In this document: positions 25,068 to 28,108 of the stretch, piece by piece
How positions within the stretch are numbered: the first letter of the stretch is position 1
Layout of the letters: every line of letters begins with the position of its first letter
Program-made: the position numbers and the translations under genes
The notes under the pieces: generated by a model
Told to the model about the DNA's origin: nothing
The model's input: the letters and a program-made list of their open reading frames with translations, nothing else
The model's database searches: none
NCBI GenBank assembly: GCA_051887995.1
Contig: JBJFAQ010000066.1
Span: 1 to 28,108, forward strand
From: Eubacteriales bacterium
GTDB lineage: Bacteria; Bacillota; Clostridia; Oscillospirales; CAG-272
Direction: 5' to 3'
DNA length: 28,108 bases

Positions 25068-27665
25068 ATGAAAAAAAACGTCCTAAGGATTATTTTTTTA
25101 TCAGCGGCGCTCGTTTTGTGTGCACTCGCCCTTTCCTCTTGCTCTTCGGAACGCATAACGGAGATAAAAAGCGTTGTTTATGAGAAAAAGAGCAAAACGC
25201 TTGAAATCGAAGCCACTCTCGACGCAAAAACGGCGAGAACCTACCGTCACGACACGATATATCTTATTGAGGTCCCGGCAAACAACACCCTTTATGACAT
25301 CACAACCCTGATACCCGTTTCCCGCTCAAAGCCGGGAAAGAAAATGTCCTTTTCCATGCCGCTTCTTGACGGTGCGCGCACGCGCCTCTATTCCGGCTTT
25401 GTGCTCGCCGTTTTCGATAAAGAAACCGGATATGTCGCGCTCGGCGACATACATTATGTTGACAACCCGGACGCACTTGCGGAAAATTCGTCGCCGTACC
25501 CGTCCTTTTCCTCGATAAAGGGGCTTTCCGTTGCCTCCTCCTCGGACGCGGTTCTGCTCGGCGTAAAGCACACTGTTATACGTATCCCGATTGAAGAATA
25601 TATTCTTCCGAGCGGCAGTGAAAACGCCCGAACCACCGTCTTTGACGGCGACACGCATTATCTGAGCAGTGAAAAAATCGAACAGCTCGATTATAAAATA
25701 CGGAATCTTACGGACGCAGGCATAGAGGTCTGCCTCGAATTTACTCTTGACACGTCTCCGGATGAGCTTCCGTCGGAACTGCGCAGTCTTGCGAGCAAAA
25801 AGCCGTCGGAAAACGGCGAAAATGAATCCGCTCAGGACGGAGATGTTCACTATGCGATTTCGATAGAGGACGGCGCCAGCTACCGCAGCATCGCCGCGCT
25901 CTTTGAATTTTTCGCCGAAAGATACACCTCCGCCGACGGGAAATACGGCTTTGCAGGAACTTACATCATCGGGCACGGAGTAAACTCTCTTACCTCCACC
26001 GGAATCGACGATCCCTCCACGCTTTCTGAAAGCGCCTCCGCCTACACGGCGCTGCTGCGGCTTGCGCACACGGCGCTCCGCTCGCATTATTCGGAGGGAA
26101 GAGTCTTTGCCTCGTTTGACAACGTTTGGGAGCTTCCCGAATCGGAAGAGAGCGAATCTGAGGAGAGCGGCGACGACACCGCGGCGGAAACCGAAGATGA
26201 AAGCCTAAGCTGGCAGAAACCCAAAGGACCTGACGGCTTACCCGTCGCTCTGAGAGACGCTTTCGGCGCAAAGGAATATCTGACTTATATCGCAAAAGAA
26301 GCCGAAAAAGGCGGCATGTTTGATTTCGGCGTTGCCGTCATGCCCTGTGCTTCGGATGGCGGAAGCGCGGTCTGGAACGACGCGGGAGCCGAGGAAAGCG
26401 AAAACAGCCACTATCTTACAATGAAAAACATAGGGCTTCTTTCCTCCTTTCTCTCCTCCGAGCGCATGCTGTACAGCGGCTCAGAACGAAATCTTCTCAT
26501 ATACAATTACGGAATTTCTTCCGACAGCCCCGACCTTATGGCGGCATCATATGCCTTTGCATACGGAAAAGCGCTTGACGCGGGTGCGTGCGCATTTATC
26601 TACAACGGTCAGTGGGACAATGCGACCGGAAACGGCAGAACGGGGCTTTGGAGCACGGACGACGGTGGAAACGTAATTGAAAAAAGACCGATTTACAATG
26701 TTTTCCGCGATATTGACAGAGCTGATTTCTGCGAGGACACCCTTTCCGCATACTCTCCCGGTCCTGACTGGCAAGCGCTGCGCAAAAAGATAATAAACGA
26801 AGCCGATTTTGTCTACGGCGAGAGCAGCGGTGCGACATCGCTTTCCGACGAAAATCGAAAGAAACTGAAATCCGCCAAGACATCGATTCTTTTCGATTTT
26901 GCAGAGGGCAAAAGCTATGAGTTTTACCCGTCTGACAGCGCCGTATATATAGAGATGGGCGAGCTTATCGGTCAAAGAGCGCTTAAGGCAGTCCTTGCGC
27001 CGAAGTACGCAGGAGAAAACATGGGTGTCAGAAGCTCCGCCGTCCCGGCAGAGCTTTTTGACGGTGCAAAACAGCTATCCGCCGTGCTCTGCGTTTATAT
27101 GCCGGAGGGCAATACCTGCCGGGTAACTTTAGCGCTCTCACAGTCATCGGACAAGGGCAGCTCGCTTTTCACATCGTCCGCCACCGTCCAGTCGGGAAAC
27201 AGGCAGACGGTATACTTTGATATAAGCGACGCCTCTGTTTCCGAAAAGCTCGGAGATGTAAAGCTATATATCTGGGCAGAATCAAACACCGGTATGTCCT
27301 CATACTATATTGAAGGCGGAACGGACGAGACAAATGTATGCACGCTTATGATAGAAAGCCTTTCTCTTACTGTCAAAAAAACCTCTCTTGCTTTTCTCTG
27401 GGTTATTCTCGTTTTGCTTCTCGCCACCGCCGCGGTCTTTATCGGATACCGCGTGTTTAAAAGAAGAACGGCGCGCCGCAGAATAAATAACCGTGCAGGA
27501 CAGTATCGGGGTGGCGCACCGAGACAGGGTCAGCGCCCCGCTCAAGGTCAGAGCCGCCCGCGCACGGATATGCGCGGAGGCACAAATCCCGCCATGCGAA
27601 GGCAGGGCATGCAAAGACCGCCGCAAAGCACCGACAGGAGGAACGGATATGGCAATAACAGATAA
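25068..27665 (+). CDS. DUF5722-like glycoside-hydrolase-fold surface protein with lipoprotein signal, C-terminal TM helix and cytoplasmic tail; probable pseudoenzyme
   Basis: AGGAGG RBS. Signal peptide ends in lipobox LSSC (Cys25). SIKGL...LGVKHTVI, FFAERY, YLTMKNI and AASYAFAY resemble DUF5722 (recalled, not searched). TM segment LAFLWVILVLLLATAAVFIGY, then an Arg/Gln/Gly-rich tail. Confidence 0.7.
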   Translation: MKKNVLRIIFLSAALVLCALALSSCSSERITEIKSVVYEKKSKTLEIEATLDAKTARTYRHDTIYLIEVPANNTLYDITTLIPVSRSKPGKKMSFSMPLLDGARTRLYSGFVLAVFDKETGYVALGDIHYVDNPDALAENSSPYPSFSSIKGLSVASSSDAVLLGVKHTVIRIPIEEYILPSGSENARTTVFDGDTHYLSSEKIEQLDYKIRNLTDAGIEVCLEFTLDTSPDELPSELRSLASKKPSENGENESAQDGDVHYAISIEDGASYRSIAALFEFFAERYTSADGKYGFAGTYIIGHGVNSLTSTGIDDPSTLSESASAYTALLRLAHTALRSHYSEGRVFASFDNVWELPESEESESEESGDDTAAETEDESLSWQKPKGPDGLPVALRDAFGAKEYLTYIAKEAEKGGMFDFGVAVMPCASDGGSAVWNDAGAEESENSHYLTMKNIGLLSSFLSSERMLYSGSERNLLIYNYGISSDSPDLMAASYAFAYGKALDAGACAFIYNGQWDNATGNGRTGLWSTDDGGNVIEKRPIYNVFRDIDRADFCEDTLSAYSPGPDWQALRKKIINEADFVYGESSGATSLSDENRKKLKSAKTSILFDFAEGKSYEFYPSDSAVYIEMGELIGQRALKAVLAPKYAGENMGVRSSAVPAELFDGAKQLSAVLCVYMPEGNTCRVTLALSQSSDKGSSLFTSSATVQSGNRQTVYFDISDASVSEKLGDVKLYIWAESNTGMSSYYIEGGTDETNVCTLMIESLSLTVKKTSLAFLWVILVLLLATAAVFIGYRVFKRRTARRRINNRAGQYRGGAPRQGQRPAQGQSRPRTDMRGGTNPAMRRQGMQRPPQSTDRRNGYGNNR

Positions 27666-28108
27666 CGAAAGCGCAAGATATGAGATGAGAAATCAGGACT
27701 TTTCCTTCCGCGACCAGGGAGCGGACGGAAAGGTTCATCTCGGCTGTTCGGCGCATATTCATTACAGCATAGAATTTTTCCTTCTCACAAGCGGAGAGGT
27801 GGACGCGAATATCGACTCCGCGGAGTACCATCTGAAATCCGGCGACTTCTGCATCGCTTTTCCGAATCAGATACACAGCTATACCAGCTTCGGAGACGAG
27901 GGGTATATGCTCTGCATCGTAAATCCCGACGTCATGCCCGAGCTTGCCGACGTTTTTTCCCAGCAGGTGCCGGAACGCGCCGTGGTGCGCGGAGGCAAGC
28001 TGCCGCCTTCAGTGCCTGAAATCATGAAACAGATGAGCGATATGTCGCGCCGCAACTCCGAATACAAGGACGTTGTGATAAAGGGACTGCTTCTCTCCCT
28101 TTTCGGAG
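27649..28108 (+). CDS. AraC-type regulator, N-terminal cupin domain (partial, runs off the window; not in the ORF track)
   Basis: AGGAGG (27636-27641) then ATG 27649: MAITDNESARYEMRNQDFSFRDQGADGKVHLGCSAHIHYSIEFFLLTSGEVDANIDSAEYHLKSGDFCIAFPNQIHSY..., open to the window end. HxHxxxE and PNQIH are AraC cupin motifs. The HTH domain is not visible. Confidence 0.75.
   Translation, partial: MAITDNESARYEMRNQDFSFRDQGADGKVHLGCSAHIHYSIEFFLLTSGEVDANIDSAEYHLKSGDFCIAFPNQIHSYTSFGDEGYMLCIVNPDVMPELADVFSQQVPERAVVRGGKLPPSVPEIMKQMSDMSRRNSEYKDVVIKGLLLSLFG

Overview
Chromosomal window from a Clostridia-type bacterium that probably forms endospores (spoIIE, type III glutamine synthetase, Firmicute-type GalT, many near-consensus sigmaA promoters; taxon inferred). 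Left to right it holds: a GH31 glycosidase whose 3' end seems joined to a foreign TauE/SafE fragment at the window edge (probable assembly chimera); glutamine synthetase III with a terminator/antiterminator-like leader; an orphan O-antigen-ligase-family protein; a sugar catabolism cluster (two xylose-isomerase-like TIM-barrel genes, a Gfo/Idh/MocA oxidoreductase, two convergent AraC regulators, a GH2 beta-galactosidase); tRNA-Trp(CCA); a SLOG/YpsA-like gene head-to-head with spoIIE; a PfoR-like PTS IIC gene divergent from galT; an operon of Re-citrate synthase, GntR, aconitase (apparent CTG start) and isocitrate dehydrogenase; and a large membrane-anchored DUF5722-like glycoside-hydrolase-fold protein that seems to lack both catalytic glutamates, overlapping a partial AraC regulator at the right edge. 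No CRISPR array, integrase or transposase was seen. Family assignments come from motifs recognised by eye, not from database searches.
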